Source: an uncultured Nitrospiraceae bacterium (GTDB taxonomy: Bacteria; Nitrospirota; Thermodesulfovibrionia; Thermodesulfovibrionales; Dissulfurispiraceae). From it: a stretch of DNA of 64,000 bases. A model generated the notes under the pieces. It ran no database searches, was not told where the DNA came from, and saw only the letters and a list, made by a program, of their open reading frames with translations. The DNA is taken from contig CAVPIW010000014.1 of assembly GCA_963705105.1 (NCBI GenBank), forward strand, positions 192,001 to 256,000, given 5' to 3'. The number at the start of each line of letters is the position of its first letter. Within the stretch, counting starts at the first letter, position 1. The translations under genes and the position numbers were made by a program. Shown in pieces: positions 27,600 to 39,500 of the stretch.

Positions 27600-30500
27600 A
27601 TGGTGGTCATCGACGGCGTCAGGAGGGGGTTGTTATCCCTCACTCCAGTTCTGCTAATTCTGCTGAGTCTCATCATCGCCTCGCCGCCGTGTCATGGTCA
27701 GACCCTTTCGGATCTCAGCGGTTCCGTCACCGTCACGACAGCCAACGAGCGGTCTACCCTCGACAGGGTCACGCGGAAGATCACGAGCACCGCCGACGTG
27801 ACGATCAGGAACACGTCAAGCCAGGCCGTCTCCGGTCCCCTGCACGCGGTGATCACCATCAACAGCTCCCAGGCGAGCCAGGTGACCATGCCGTCTCCCG
27901 CCCTCGGGGGACACACCAGTCCGCCTTACAACAAATACTACTACGACCTCACATCGAAACTGACGAACAACATCCTGGCGCCCAACGGGGCCGTGACGTT
28001 TCAGGTCAAGTTCGTCAGGCCAAGCACGGTTACCTTTACATATACGGTAAAGGCATACGGAGTCCTGCAGGCGGCGAACGTGCCTCCCACTGCCAATGCC
28101 GGATCGAACCAGACGATTACTCTGCTGCCCGGACAACTGTCGGTAAACTTTACACTTGATGGTAGTCAGTCAAGAGACCAAGACGGAACGATTGCATCCT
28201 TCAGATGGACAGGCACTCCTGACCCGGCGGATGCGCAGATGCCGACGGTCCAGCTTTCCGCCGGGACTTACATCTTCACCCTCGTAGTGACGGACAATAA
28301 CGGGGCATCGAGCAACCCGGCAACAGTGACGATAACCGTTTTGCCACCTCCCAATCAGGCGCCCGTTGCAAATGCGGGTTCTGACCGGACGATCACCCTC
28401 CAGCCGGGACAACTGTCGGTAAACTTTACACTTGATGGTAGTCAGTCAAGAGACCAAGACGGAACGATTGCATCCTTCAGATGGACGGGCACTCCGGACC
28501 CTGCCGATGTCGCACAGCCGACAGTTGCACTGGGACAAGGTACTCATACCTTCACTCTCGTTGTGACAGACGACAAGAATGCGACGAGCCAGCCCGCCAC
28601 GGTCACAATCACCGTGCGGCCTGCCCAGCCTCCGCAGCTCTCGGTCAACCCTCTTTCGTATATTGTCAACCAGGGCCAATCCCTCACGATCAACGTCTCG
28701 GCTGTCGACCCCAACGGAGAGCTGGTCACCCTTTCCGCATTCCCGGCTTTAAAGAACGCGGCCTTTTCAGGTACCCCGGGAGTCTCGGCGAACGGCGTCT
28801 TCGCGTTTACACCGGATGCAGGCCAGTCGGGCATCCATATGGTGAGCTTCAAGGCGACGGACCCCACGGGTCTGAGCGATACGAAGACAGTTGAGATCAG
28901 CGTGAGCAAGGTGAACCATGGCCCGGTGCTGATGCTCCAGGCGAGCGCAACGGTCGACGAGGGAGCAATAATCGCTATCCCCGTGAAAGCGACCGATCCT
29001 GACGGAGACATCGTGACGCTAACGGCATCCGGCCTGCCCGCAAATGCCCTGTTCATCCCCTCAACAGGGACGATCACCTTTGCGCCCGACTATACCCAGG
29101 CCGGTACCGTCGTCATATCGGTAACGGCGAGCGACGGAGTGCTTTCCGACACCAAATCGGTGCAGGTAACGGTGAATAATGTGCCCACCGGGAGCGCCGG
29201 CCAAGGTGGGCTGGTACTCACTGTGGACCCTGTAGAAAGCCCCTCTTTCCTGACCACCCAGAGGATTACGGGAAGTGTGAATGCTCCGACCCAACCCCCG
29301 ACCCCCCGGCTCAAATCGGCCCTGATAACCTCTTTGGTTCCGGCCGTCGCAGAGCAAGGGACAACTCTGAATGTCCTTCTAACCGGGAACGCGGGAGACT
29401 ACCCAACTCATTTCACAAATGGGGTCAGCAAGGCGGATTTCGGCGCAGGCATCACGGTAACGTCTCTCAGTGTGACCGGTCCCGGTCAGGCGACCGCCGT
29501 GATATCGATTGATCCAAACGCCGCCGAAGGGCCCCGCTCGATCAGCGTCGTCACGGGAGCCGAAACGGCGGTTTCCGTTCTGGCCTTCAACGTGATGAAA
29601 GGAAAGACCAGAATGACCGGAAGGATCGTTGATGCGGAGACAGGACAGGCCATCCCGGGGGCGACGGTCACTGTCAAGGGATCGACCATAACAGCCGTAA
29701 CGGATGGAAACGGCTATTTCATCCTGGAAAATGCTCCTGCGGGTCAACAGGTGCTTTTGGTGTACGCCACGGACCACCAGCTGATCGAGATGCCTATCTC
29801 GGCCGGGACAGGGTCGGCGCAGGACCTGGGCAACATAAAGACAGAGTCCACCGTTTTCAACCCCAACGCGCCTTCTTCGGCTTCCATCGGAAGCCTCCTC
29901 CACAGAGGTATCAACAATGAAACAAGGATCAAATCCCCCGAAGAGGCCAGGCAACTGGTGAAGGACGCTGTTTTGTCGGTCGGAGGGGAGGATATCGGCT
30001 TGCTGGATGACTATGGGAATCAGGAGAACCCGAATATCCCGGGGAAGCCCTTTATGAGCCTTGGGAAAGATGCCATTGAAACGCTGGCCATGCGTACCCT
30101 GTCAGGGGAGTCAAGGAGTCTCGGAGAGTTGCTCCATTCTTTTACGGTCTTGTGGCAGTGGCAGAACGGTCCTCCGAAACTGAAGCAATGGATCCAGGGG
30201 ATTCAGAATGTCGTTAATCGAGCCTGGAACAACCCCAACGATCCCCAAAACGCCCTCTTTATCCTTCTTTTTAACCCGGGGGGGAGTCTGGCTTCGACTC
30301 CTCCGCAGATCGTTCCGGACCTCAGACTGAACGCGCTGCAGGCCCATTTGGCGGAACTGACGCTGCTTCTTTCCGCCACCAGGACAGTGGATCCCAAAGT
30401 GATTCACGACCAGGTGGTCGCGAAATATCCGGAACTGGCATGGTCCTTTGATTTAAGGAGGGCATCGGTTCCCATGTTGGCCCAGTCGGGGGGGGAACCG

Positions 30501-33491
30501 CCTTCACTGACACCCGTGGCCAGGGCGGAAAGAACCAGTTATTCCGGGCAGTCCGGCAAGAAGATTCTGCTCAGAGCCGAGGATGTGGGCTACAGTCCGG
30601 TGGGGCTGACTTACTCCTGGACCGTGCTGGAGAAGCCCGCAGGCAGCACGTCAGCGTCTCTTCTGGAAAACGATGACCAGAAGATCTGTTATTTCACCGG
30701 GGATTCACGCGGGGACTACGTCATCAGACTGGTTGTCCGGGCCGGGGATAAGGTAAGCGCCCCGTTCGATTTCAGGGTGAACGTGGACGACCCCTGCATC
30801 TGGGGTGAGGAGAGAAGCTGGAAGAACGCTGATGCCTCGTGGAATAGCGTGCTCTGCAATTTTGCCAATCAGGTTCCACTTACCTATGCCCAGCAGATCC
30901 CGGCAACCCTTTTTGCGAACTTTCTGGAAGGAACGACGCCGCTCGATACCTTCGATGCCAAACTGAAAGCAGCAGACAATCTGAAGACATTTCTTGATCT
31001 CAATGATTTCAAGGCGTCGCAATCGAAGATCACTGCGGCCAGCGTTTACAGCCAGCACTATCCGGATATTCTCAAGGAGGCAAACAGCAATACGACCAAG
31101 TTCTCCGCCTTTAAGACGTTTGCTGTGAATCAATTGGTGGAAGGCATGAGAGGCTTTGTGGAGGGTCAGATTTCCCAGGTGGCAAAAGACCTCATGTACG
31201 GCATCCTCGACAAGATGATCGACAAATACATCGACAGCCTCCGCCCGGCGTCTCCTTTCATTAGAAAGACGGAAGTCGTTGACATAGAAGGGATCAACAG
31301 GAAAGGGGTACTGGTCACTTTCGAAAGGTCCCCCGGCGACCGAGGGGAGTCTGAGGGCGGAACGTGGCATTTCTATTACATGCTCTGGAGATATTCGGCA
31401 AACGAGATGACCCGGCTGTTTATTGGAAAGGAGGGGAAATTGCCCGGTCCCCTTGCCAGTCCTGACAACAAAGACGTCCTGACGTACCTGGATCCCAGTC
31501 CTCCGGAGGGACAGTGTGCCTACTACGTTCAGGCGCGGCGAATCATGGGGGGACCGGTCATCAACGAAGAGTGGAATGAGGGCCAATTCTTCGTCGAGTT
31601 TATGCTCAACACCGTTCAGCCCCCTTACGCTAACGTATACACCCATGTGAAGACATTCTCTGACAAGGTGCTCTATTTCTACAAGGCCCTGAAGCTTCAG
31701 GACAGCGATCTGAGCGAACCCGCAAGACTCTATGTGCCAAAGGCCCTGGAAACCCCTCCGCCGCCGGTGAGCCTTGCTTCGACCAAAGAATTCGGCCCTT
31801 ACAACGGCGATGTGCTCATCAGCATGCCCATCTTTAACAGCCTCTTCAGGTTGAGGGGAACAAGGATGGAATACCTGCTTTCATGCGGATTCAAGGACCC
31901 TTACCAGGTGGGCCTGGCCACGGATTTTCACGGCAATATCTATTCCGATAATTCCGCAAGCGATGCCATGTTCGGGGGAAGGATCTTTCGGTGGAAGCCC
32001 TACAGCCTGGAGAGGGAATTGTTCGGTTCCGTGCAGTATTTCAGCCAGCTTCTCTTGTATGCCAAACCGTGCGCCGTTCAGGGGCTTACTTCCGGATGGG
32101 TTGGAAGCTCGGAGAAACTCTTTATCGCCGACCTCTATTCGAATAAGATTCTGGAGCTCGAAATTCCCGGAGCCGGCGTTCTGCCCCCCAATCCGAACCA
32201 TTATGTGAGTCAGCCCGTCCCCATGCCCGAGGGGCTGGTGCTCGGCCGAAACACCAGCATGGCGGTCAACTCCCTCAAAGGGGAACTGCTGGTGACCGCG
32301 GGCGATAACATCTTCAGGTACGATTCCGTCGCAAACAACTATCTTTTCCCGGAGACTGCAAAGCCGTTCATTCACATCGTTGGTGTCGATGCGGACCGCT
32401 TTGGCACCCTTTACATCACCGATGGGCAATCGGGAACGATTACCGCCATCCCTTCTGATAAACAGAATAGCCTCTTCTATCAGGAGTTGATCACGAACCC
32501 GGCCACTCGAAGCCTTTTTACTCTCAAGTCGAACATCAACTCACCAGGAGAGCTTCGTCTTTCAGGGGATCATCGTTCCATCGTGTGGTTTGACCACGAT
32601 GGGTACCACAACAGGGTATTCGGCATCTCGGCCCGTGTCATCGACCTGCAGGGCAACCCCCTGGCGGGCGCCAGGGTGAGCTGTTCTGACCGCGGGGAGG
32701 TGAGAAGCGCCCTCACAGACCAATACGGCGTATTCCATCTGCCGGGGTTGCTCCTGGAGGGATTTCCTCTTCAAATGGGGCTCCTGATCCGGAGCGCGGA
32801 CGGCCGGAGCGGTACTTACATTGCTAAGATGAGGGACAGGGGGGAGACATTTATTCCGGAGCTCCTCTTCGTTCCGGACACCCTCCCGAGCGGGACGGTT
32901 TCTCTGCCGACCCAGCCCTCGCCGGTCCCGCCCGTGTCGGTGTCCATTCCTCTTCCGCCTGCGTGGGATCCGGTCTTTGAGATTGACCGGCCGGAGCTCC
33001 CCCCGCCGCCGGTCCTCCCGGGAACGACGAGCCCGCGCGCGCCAAGGGTTGAAATCGTGACCCCCGTTGACGGGAAGAGGTTGAATCAGGATGAAGACCA
33101 GATTCTGGGCTATGTGGACGACCCGTCCGTTACGCAGGCCGTCCTTACAATGAACGGGATCGAAGAAACGGTTTCCGTCCAAGACCATCTTTTCAGGAAG
33201 TCCATTTCGCTTCGTCCCGGAGTGAACCATATTCAAGCAAAGGCGACGGTCTTCTCGGGCGGGGAGCCGTTGACGGGAATCTCCAAACCTGTGCTGGTTT
33301 TCAGGATCAACGAGAGTATCACGGCGGGAACCATCTCCGGCATCATCCGGGAGAGAAGCACGGGCTACCCTGTGCCGGACGCACTGATTCGCATTCAAGG
33401 AACCAATCTGGAAGCCTATGCGAATGAATTAGGGATATGGAGTATCAGAGAGGTTCCTTTGGGAACGGTTACGGTTGAAATCATTCCGTAG
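27600..33491 (+). CDS. Giant exported protein (PKD x2, cadherin/Ig-like, carboxypeptidase-regulatory-like, beta-propeller-like segments), 1963 aa
   Basis: AAGGAGG RBS, signal peptide, PxANAG..LDGSQSRDQDG..FTLVVTD repeats, ATDPDGD, GRIVDAETGQAIPGATV. Confidence 0.85.
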   Translation: MVVIDGVRRGLLSLTPVLLILLSLIIASPPCHGQTLSDLSGSVTVTTANERSTLDRVTRKITSTADVTIRNTSSQAVSGPLHAVITINSSQASQVTMPSPALGGHTSPPYNKYYYDLTSKLTNNILAPNGAVTFQVKFVRPSTVTFTYTVKAYGVLQAANVPPTANAGSNQTITLLPGQLSVNFTLDGSQSRDQDGTIASFRWTGTPDPADAQMPTVQLSAGTYIFTLVVTDNNGASSNPATVTITVLPPPNQAPVANAGSDRTITLQPGQLSVNFTLDGSQSRDQDGTIASFRWTGTPDPADVAQPTVALGQGTHTFTLVVTDDKNATSQPATVTITVRPAQPPQLSVNPLSYIVNQGQSLTINVSAVDPNGELVTLSAFPALKNAAFSGTPGVSANGVFAFTPDAGQSGIHMVSFKATDPTGLSDTKTVEISVSKVNHGPVLMLQASATVDEGAIIAIPVKATDPDGDIVTLTASGLPANALFIPSTGTITFAPDYTQAGTVVISVTASDGVLSDTKSVQVTVNNVPTGSAGQGGLVLTVDPVESPSFLTTQRITGSVNAPTQPPTPRLKSALITSLVPAVAEQGTTLNVLLTGNAGDYPTHFTNGVSKADFGAGITVTSLSVTGPGQATAVISIDPNAAEGPRSISVVTGAETAVSVLAFNVMKGKTRMTGRIVDAETGQAIPGATVTVKGSTITAVTDGNGYFILENAPAGQQVLLVYATDHQLIEMPISAGTGSAQDLGNIKTESTVFNPNAPSSASIGSLLHRGINNETRIKSPEEARQLVKDAVLSVGGEDIGLLDDYGNQENPNIPGKPFMSLGKDAIETLAMRTLSGESRSLGELLHSFTVLWQWQNGPPKLKQWIQGIQNVVNRAWNNPNDPQNALFILLFNPGGSLASTPPQIVPDLRLNALQAHLAELTLLLSATRTVDPKVIHDQVVAKYPELAWSFDLRRASVPMLAQSGGEPPSLTPVARAERTSYSGQSGKKILLRAEDVGYSPVGLTYSWTVLEKPAGSTSASLLENDDQKICYFTGDSRGDYVIRLVVRAGDKVSAPFDFRVNVDDPCIWGEERSWKNADASWNSVLCNFANQVPLTYAQQIPATLFANFLEGTTPLDTFDAKLKAADNLKTFLDLNDFKASQSKITAASVYSQHYPDILKEANSNTTKFSAFKTFAVNQLVEGMRGFVEGQISQVAKDLMYGILDKMIDKYIDSLRPASPFIRKTEVVDIEGINRKGVLVTFERSPGDRGESEGGTWHFYYMLWRYSANEMTRLFIGKEGKLPGPLASPDNKDVLTYLDPSPPEGQCAYYVQARRIMGGPVINEEWNEGQFFVEFMLNTVQPPYANVYTHVKTFSDKVLYFYKALKLQDSDLSEPARLYVPKALETPPPPVSLASTKEFGPYNGDVLISMPIFNSLFRLRGTRMEYLLSCGFKDPYQVGLATDFHGNIYSDNSASDAMFGGRIFRWKPYSLERELFGSVQYFSQLLLYAKPCAVQGLTSGWVGSSEKLFIADLYSNKILELEIPGAGVLPPNPNHYVSQPVPMPEGLVLGRNTSMAVNSLKGELLVTAGDNIFRYDSVANNYLFPETAKPFIHIVGVDADRFGTLYITDGQSGTITAIPSDKQNSLFYQELITNPATRSLFTLKSNINSPGELRLSGDHRSIVWFDHDGYHNRVFGISARVIDLQGNPLAGARVSCSDRGEVRSALTDQYGVFHLPGLLLEGFPLQMGLLIRSADGRSGTYIAKMRDRGETFIPELLFVPDTLPSGTVSLPTQPSPVPPVSVSIPLPPAWDPVFEIDRPELPPPPVLPGTTSPRAPRVEIVTPVDGKRLNQDEDQILGYVDDPSVTQAVLTMNGIEETVSVQDHLFRKSISLRPGVNHIQAKATVFSGGEPLTGISKPVLVFRINESITAGTISGIIRERSTGYPVPDALIRIQGTNLEAYANELGIWSIREVPLGTVTVEIIP
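28129..28486 (+). repeat. Intragenic duplication (about 80 bp identical, period 276 bp) encoding tandem PKD-like domains
   Basis: CCGGACAACTGTCGGTAAACTTTACACTTGATGGTAGTCAGTCAAGAGACCAAGACGG occurs twice. Confidence 0.9.
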
Positions 33492-33517
33492 GTATGACAC
33501 TCAGACTGGAGGATGAC

Positions 33518-36500
33518 ATGAGAAGGGGGATCAGGGGGAGATATTCAAAGGGAGTTCTGTGCGCCCTGTCATTTTTCCTTGCCGTATTCGTTCTTCTGGC
33601 CGGAAATCCTGCCCGAGCGGATTTCACGGTCACTGTGACCGGGCCGGGTGGGAGTGCGAGTCAGACCATATTGGGTGATGTGGGCGGTTCCTTCGACGTC
33701 AATATTCCCCTCAATAAGAACGCGGTGAATACCATAAAGGTGACTGCCACCGATGCTATCGGAAACAGTGCCTCCGAGGAGCTCAAGGTCACCCAGGTGG
33801 CGCTCGATGCCATCGTCGTTTCAAAGATCACCGCGCAAAGGCTCTCCGTCCAGGAAGTCGAACAACTGGTCAATGACGGGATAATCAATCTCGCCGATCC
33901 GGCGAATTACAACGTGTCAGCCTTCGATATCGTCCTCACGATTGCGGACCAGCCGGTCCCCGTCAGGGTGCCGGTCGCCGTTCCCAAGATCGCGGAAGAG
34001 AAGTCCGGGTGGGAGGTCTACAAGCTTCCTCCTGCCGGCGACGGCGGTGGCGGAGACAGGCCGAAACCTCCCCCTCCCGAGATCATCGTCTTCGAATCGA
34101 CGATCCCCGGTCCTCCGGGGGAGCCTCCGATTTCCATTCCCGGAGTGCTGGTCATAGAAGGCAAGATAAAGAGCCTCAAGGAGTTCTTCTCCGTCCGTCT
34201 GCTGCTGATGAACACGTCAGGGATCTTCACGCTCACCGACATAACTGCAATGATAGAATTTCCGGAGGGCGGACTTTCAACGGTGTCGCCCAAGGACGGC
34301 ATCATCTCCTTTGGAGAGATCCTTCCCGGCGAAGGCAACCAGCCCGGGCAGAAGGAAAAGGAGTGCATCATACGCGGCGACGAAATCGGCATGCGCGATG
34401 TGAAGGTGAACTTCGGCGGCTTCGTCAGGGGGCCGGGCATACCGGAAGACAAACCGATTCCCTTCAACGGCAGCGCCATGACCGAGGTCGAGGTGAAAGG
34501 GCCTCCGACCTTCAAGGTGGAGGTGACACATCCCGATTTTGTCACCCAGGGCGTGCCTTATGAGCTCAAGGTGGACATCACGAACACGGCCGACATCCCC
34601 GCCATGTATGCGAGCCTTTCTATCGCCCTTGGTGCGGACGGGGTCCTGGTGAAATGCAGCGTCGACGGGAACGGCAACCCCGTCTGCACCCAGATCCAAG
34701 GCGAAGACATAAGAAACCTCGGCCATATTCTGCCGGATCAGAAGGTTTCACAGGTCTTCACGGTGATGCCCCTGAAATCAGGGGCGATCAGCTCCTGCAT
34801 GGGCGCTTCGGACCAGAATATCAGCCTCCAGGTCTATGTGGGCAACATCGGCTGCGTGGTAGGACAGTTCCCTCCGGACAGGGTATCTCCGGACGGTTCG
34901 CCCGCAGTCAGCGTCCTTCCCACGCCGAATGCCAACGGCATCCACCCGGATTCGCCCGTGACCGCCTTCTTCAGCGAGCTGATGAACGAGGCCTCGATCA
35001 CAACCGGACCGGGCGGGACGTTCAACGTCTTTGACAGCGCCGGAAACGAGGTCTGGGGACAGTTGCGCCTTATCAGGCTCCCTGCTGACCCCACCGCCAA
35101 TCAAAAGACCGTTGCCATCTGGCAGCCGACGGGCGGCACACTTGTCGGTAACAAGAAATACACGGTCATTCTCACGACGAATATCATGGACCTCGAGGGC
35201 AAGAGACTGCCCTCCAAATGGGAGAGCACGTTCACCACGACCGGCACAGGTCTGGACGATATGGACCCGCCGACGGTCAGCCTCTCCATAGAGCCTCCGA
35301 TAAACCCCGGCTATGTCTTGCCGGGCCAGATCGTCAAAGTGGACGCCTACACCGCAGATCAGGGAAGCGGGGTCGCCCGCGTGGAGGCGAGAATAAAGGA
35401 TCTGGATGAACCGAACGCGCAGTATCAGCTCATAGACCAGAAGACGGTATTTGCAGGCGACAAGCCCCCTTTCATATTCCCGATTGATTCCGGGAAGCTG
35501 ATACTGAACCATACCTATCAGTTCAGGGCTACCGTTTATGACGGGGCGGGAAACCCCCGTGAGGCCACTATAGCGTTCAAGATTGCACCGACCGCAGCTG
35601 CACCGACTGTCACGTTGCCGGAAGATCCTGCCCAACCGGTCCTTCACGGCATCTCCGTTGATGTGACGCCCCTGAACGTTACCGGGGGCGTGAGGGAGGT
35701 GCGCTTCTATCTGGATGATGCGCCGAATCCTTTCAGGGTGGTCAGCATTGCCCCGTATCAGACGAGCCTCGGCACTCTCGGCTTGACACTCGGCACACAT
35801 ACAGTCCGCGCAGTCGCCCTTGACCCTCTGGGACAGTCTGGCGAAGACACTCTGTCTTTCACCCTCGCTGAAAACCTGAATATGCCGGTGGTCAACTTCG
35901 GCAGCGCCGTGAATGGGGCGAAGTACGCCCTGGGTGAACAGATCCTGGTGAAGCCGGTCATCAGCGATCCTGTGGGACTTGCTTCGGTCACCTATTACCT
36001 TGATGGTTTCCCCGGTAACCCTGGAGGTAACAACGGAGAGGTCCTCTATTCCGGCTTTGCACCCATTCTCTTCAGCACGACAGGGAGGAGCCTGGGGTCG
36101 CATACCATCTATGTAAAGGCGACGAACAACCTTGGCGTCTCTAATAACCTTAGCGATCCGGAATCCTCGCTGCAGTTTGTCATCACCGAGTACAAGGAAG
36201 GGCCGCCGCCCGCAGCGCCAACGGTCAACATTGTCTCATATCCCGAAAACGGCACAGTGACATTACAGGGTAACAGCGTTGCAAACGCGAGAATCAGCGT
36301 CACCAACGCGACCAAGGGACTGAGCATCAACGTGAATGCTGCGACCTCAGGGAGCTTTACCGCTCAGATCCCTGCTGATGCCGGAGATACCATCAGCCTG
36401 GTGGCCTACGATCTGACCACGTCCATCTATCCGAGCGCTGCCACGACGGTCACAGTCCAGGCCGCGCCGGTCCTGACGGGGATATCGGGCTCTCCGCAAT

Positions 36501-39500
36501 CAATGTCCTTCAATGCGCGGAATGAGTATCAGGACATCACCGTGACAGGGAATTACAACCAGGGGCCTTCGTCCAATGTGACCTCCAGAGCGACCTTCTC
36601 ATCCAGCAATCCTGCCGTTGCGTCTGTAAACTCATCGGGAAGGGTTGTGGCTCTCTCCTATGGGACAGCGACAATTACCGCAACGGTTGGAGGCTTTCAG
36701 GCGCAGGTGTCGGTCACGGTTACCATCGTTTCACTCACGAGCATCACCGTTGAGCCCTCTCCCGTCAATCTCGTCACCATCGGTCAGACACGGCAGCTCA
36801 CCGTGACGGGTCATTACAGCAACGGAACGACGCAGGTGCTGAACAGCGGGAACACATTTACAGCGGGCAACGTAGGCATCGCCACGGTCAATTCATCGGG
36901 CCTGATCAGCGCAGTCGGCAACGGGAACACACAGATTACGGTGTTCCACTCCGGTGTGGCGCCTGTCGCAGTGCCTGTTATGGTGGACATCACGCAAGAC
37001 ACGGCTCCGACCGTGCAGATTCTCAGTCCCGCCCCCGGTTCGTCCGTGGAGCGGGGACAGAACATTCAGGTCACGGTGAGGGCGCAGGACACGGTCGGAG
37101 GGGTGACAAGACTCACTCTCACCGTTACGGGAGAGACGAGCCATGCCGAGTTGAAACAGATCTCACCGGCCTCGCCTGATACGACACAGAGTTTCACCTT
37201 CGCCGTATCTTCCGCTGCCGCAATCGGAGGGAGCATCACTCTCAGTGCAACAGCCGAGGACACTGGCGGAAAGACGTCCCCGGTCTCTTCCGTTACGCTC
37301 AATGTGGTTGACCTCAACGCACCGGTCGTCAGCATCACTCTGCCTGCGAACCAGACACCATTCAACTATGGAGACACGGTTAACGTCAATATATCCGCGA
37401 CGGACGCCGTGGGAGTAACGCAGATCAGGTATGAGACGACGGGTGCACTGACCTTGTCGGGGTCGATGGCGATTACACCTGCTTCCCCATCGGCCATCGC
37501 GTCATTCAGCTTCGTCATCCCCTTCGGGGTGACAACCCCGAACGTCAGAATTCTCGCCTACGCAAGAGACGGGTACGGCAGAGAGGGAGCGGCCATTCCT
37601 GTGGATATCATTATCACCAATGCAGACATCACTCCTCCTGCAACAGTCGTCACAGCCGTTGCCGACCCCGGATTGAATGCAAGGACCACGATCACCTACC
37701 AGGTCACCTCGGGTCTCGCCGACCTCGACCATGTGGAGCTCTACTTCCGCCGGAACGGAATCGGCACATTCAACCGGTACACCGATGCAGATGGCGGAAA
37801 TCCACAGGGAACATTCTCCCCTGAGATCGGAAATGCCGGCTCGATTCTCTTCGATTCCACGAAGATGGGCGGCGACGGGACCTATGACTTTTACACTGTC
37901 GGCGTGGATAAGGCGGGAAACCGTGAACCTGCGCCTGTCAGCGCAGATCAGACAGCCGTCTTCAACGCCGGAACAGTCTGGACAACGATGAATTCACCGA
38001 CAACCATTGGCGAGGGCGATACCGCCTTTGATAATAAGAACCTGAGAATCACCGGCGCAACGGTTACTGTTAACGGACCTCACAGCTTCAAGAATGTCGA
38101 ACTGCTGAACGGCGCAGTCTTGACGCATTCCGACACAACGGCCTCGCAGGAATTCAGCCTCAACCTGTCCGCATGGACATTGTCCATCGATTCGACGAGC
38201 AGGATTGATGTGGCGGGGCGGGGCTACATAGGAGGCAATGGGGATTGGGAGAGCGGTCGAACGGTGGGCAATGTCTATGGGTCCGGCTCTGGGACCGGTG
38301 GCAGCTACGGCGGTCTGGGAGGCCGCTACAATGATGGTTCGGCCGGGCAGCCCAATTCCGTTTACGGCAGCCTTACGGACCCGGTGGACCTGGGAAGCGG
38401 TGGAGGCGCCTGGGGTGGTACGGATGGCGGGGATGGAGGCGGAAGGATTCTCATCAACGCCGTCAATGTTACAGTGGATGGCTCAATCCGCGCTAACGGC
38501 GGAGAAAGCGCGGGATCGGCTGCAGGAGACGGCAGCGGGGGGGGCATCCGTATTTCCACAAAAACCTTGTCAGGTGCCGGAAATATAACGGCAAACGGAG
38601 GAGGAAGCGGCAACGGGACCGGCGGTGGAGGCGGAAGAATCGCCATCACATTCTTTGACATGGAAACGATGAATGCAGGCGGGATCACCGCCATGGGAGG
38701 CCTCGGCCAATATGGCAGCGGCGCGAACGGTACGGTTTTCCTGAAACAGGAACAGACCGCCGGCGGCGAGCTTGTCATTACGGGGCAAGGACCTGCAACG
38801 CCGTGGACAAACCTCACCATCCCGACAGGATATACTTTTGATTCAATCACCTTACGAGACAATGCCAGGGTAATCACAAACGATCCGATCACGGTCACAG
38901 GGGCCTTATGGGTTACCGGCAATTCGATTCTCACGCACAGTGGCCCAAATGAGGCCGGATTGGTGATCAACGCCTCGGTGGTTCAAGTGGACGCAGGCAG
39001 CGCAATTGACGTGACGGGTCGCGGCTACGCGGGAGGCGCTGGGGATTGGGAAAGCGGCCGGACATTGGGTAATGCATACGGGTCCGGACCCGGAACCGGG
39101 GGCAGCTACGGCGGTCTGGGAGGCCGATACAGTGATGGATCCGCGGGACAGGCCAATCTGGTTTACGGCAACGTGAAGGACCCTGTGTTCCTGGGCAGCG
39201 GTGGAGGATCCTGGGGTGGTTACGACGGGGGCAGTGGCGGCGGACGGATCACGATCCATGCAACTGAGGAAGTGATCGTTCACGGCGCCATCCGGTCAAA
39301 CGGAGGAGAGAGCGCCGGCAGCGCAGCCGGAGACGGGTCCGGAGGATCGATCCGGATCGAAACATCCCGTCTTGCCGGGACCGGATCCATCAGCGCCAAT
39401 GGCGGCGGGTCCGGCAACGGTGTCGGCGGTGGTGGCGGACGGGTGGCCATCTATTGCGATTATGTGGATCCGACGGATGACCTCGGCGACCTTCGCGGCA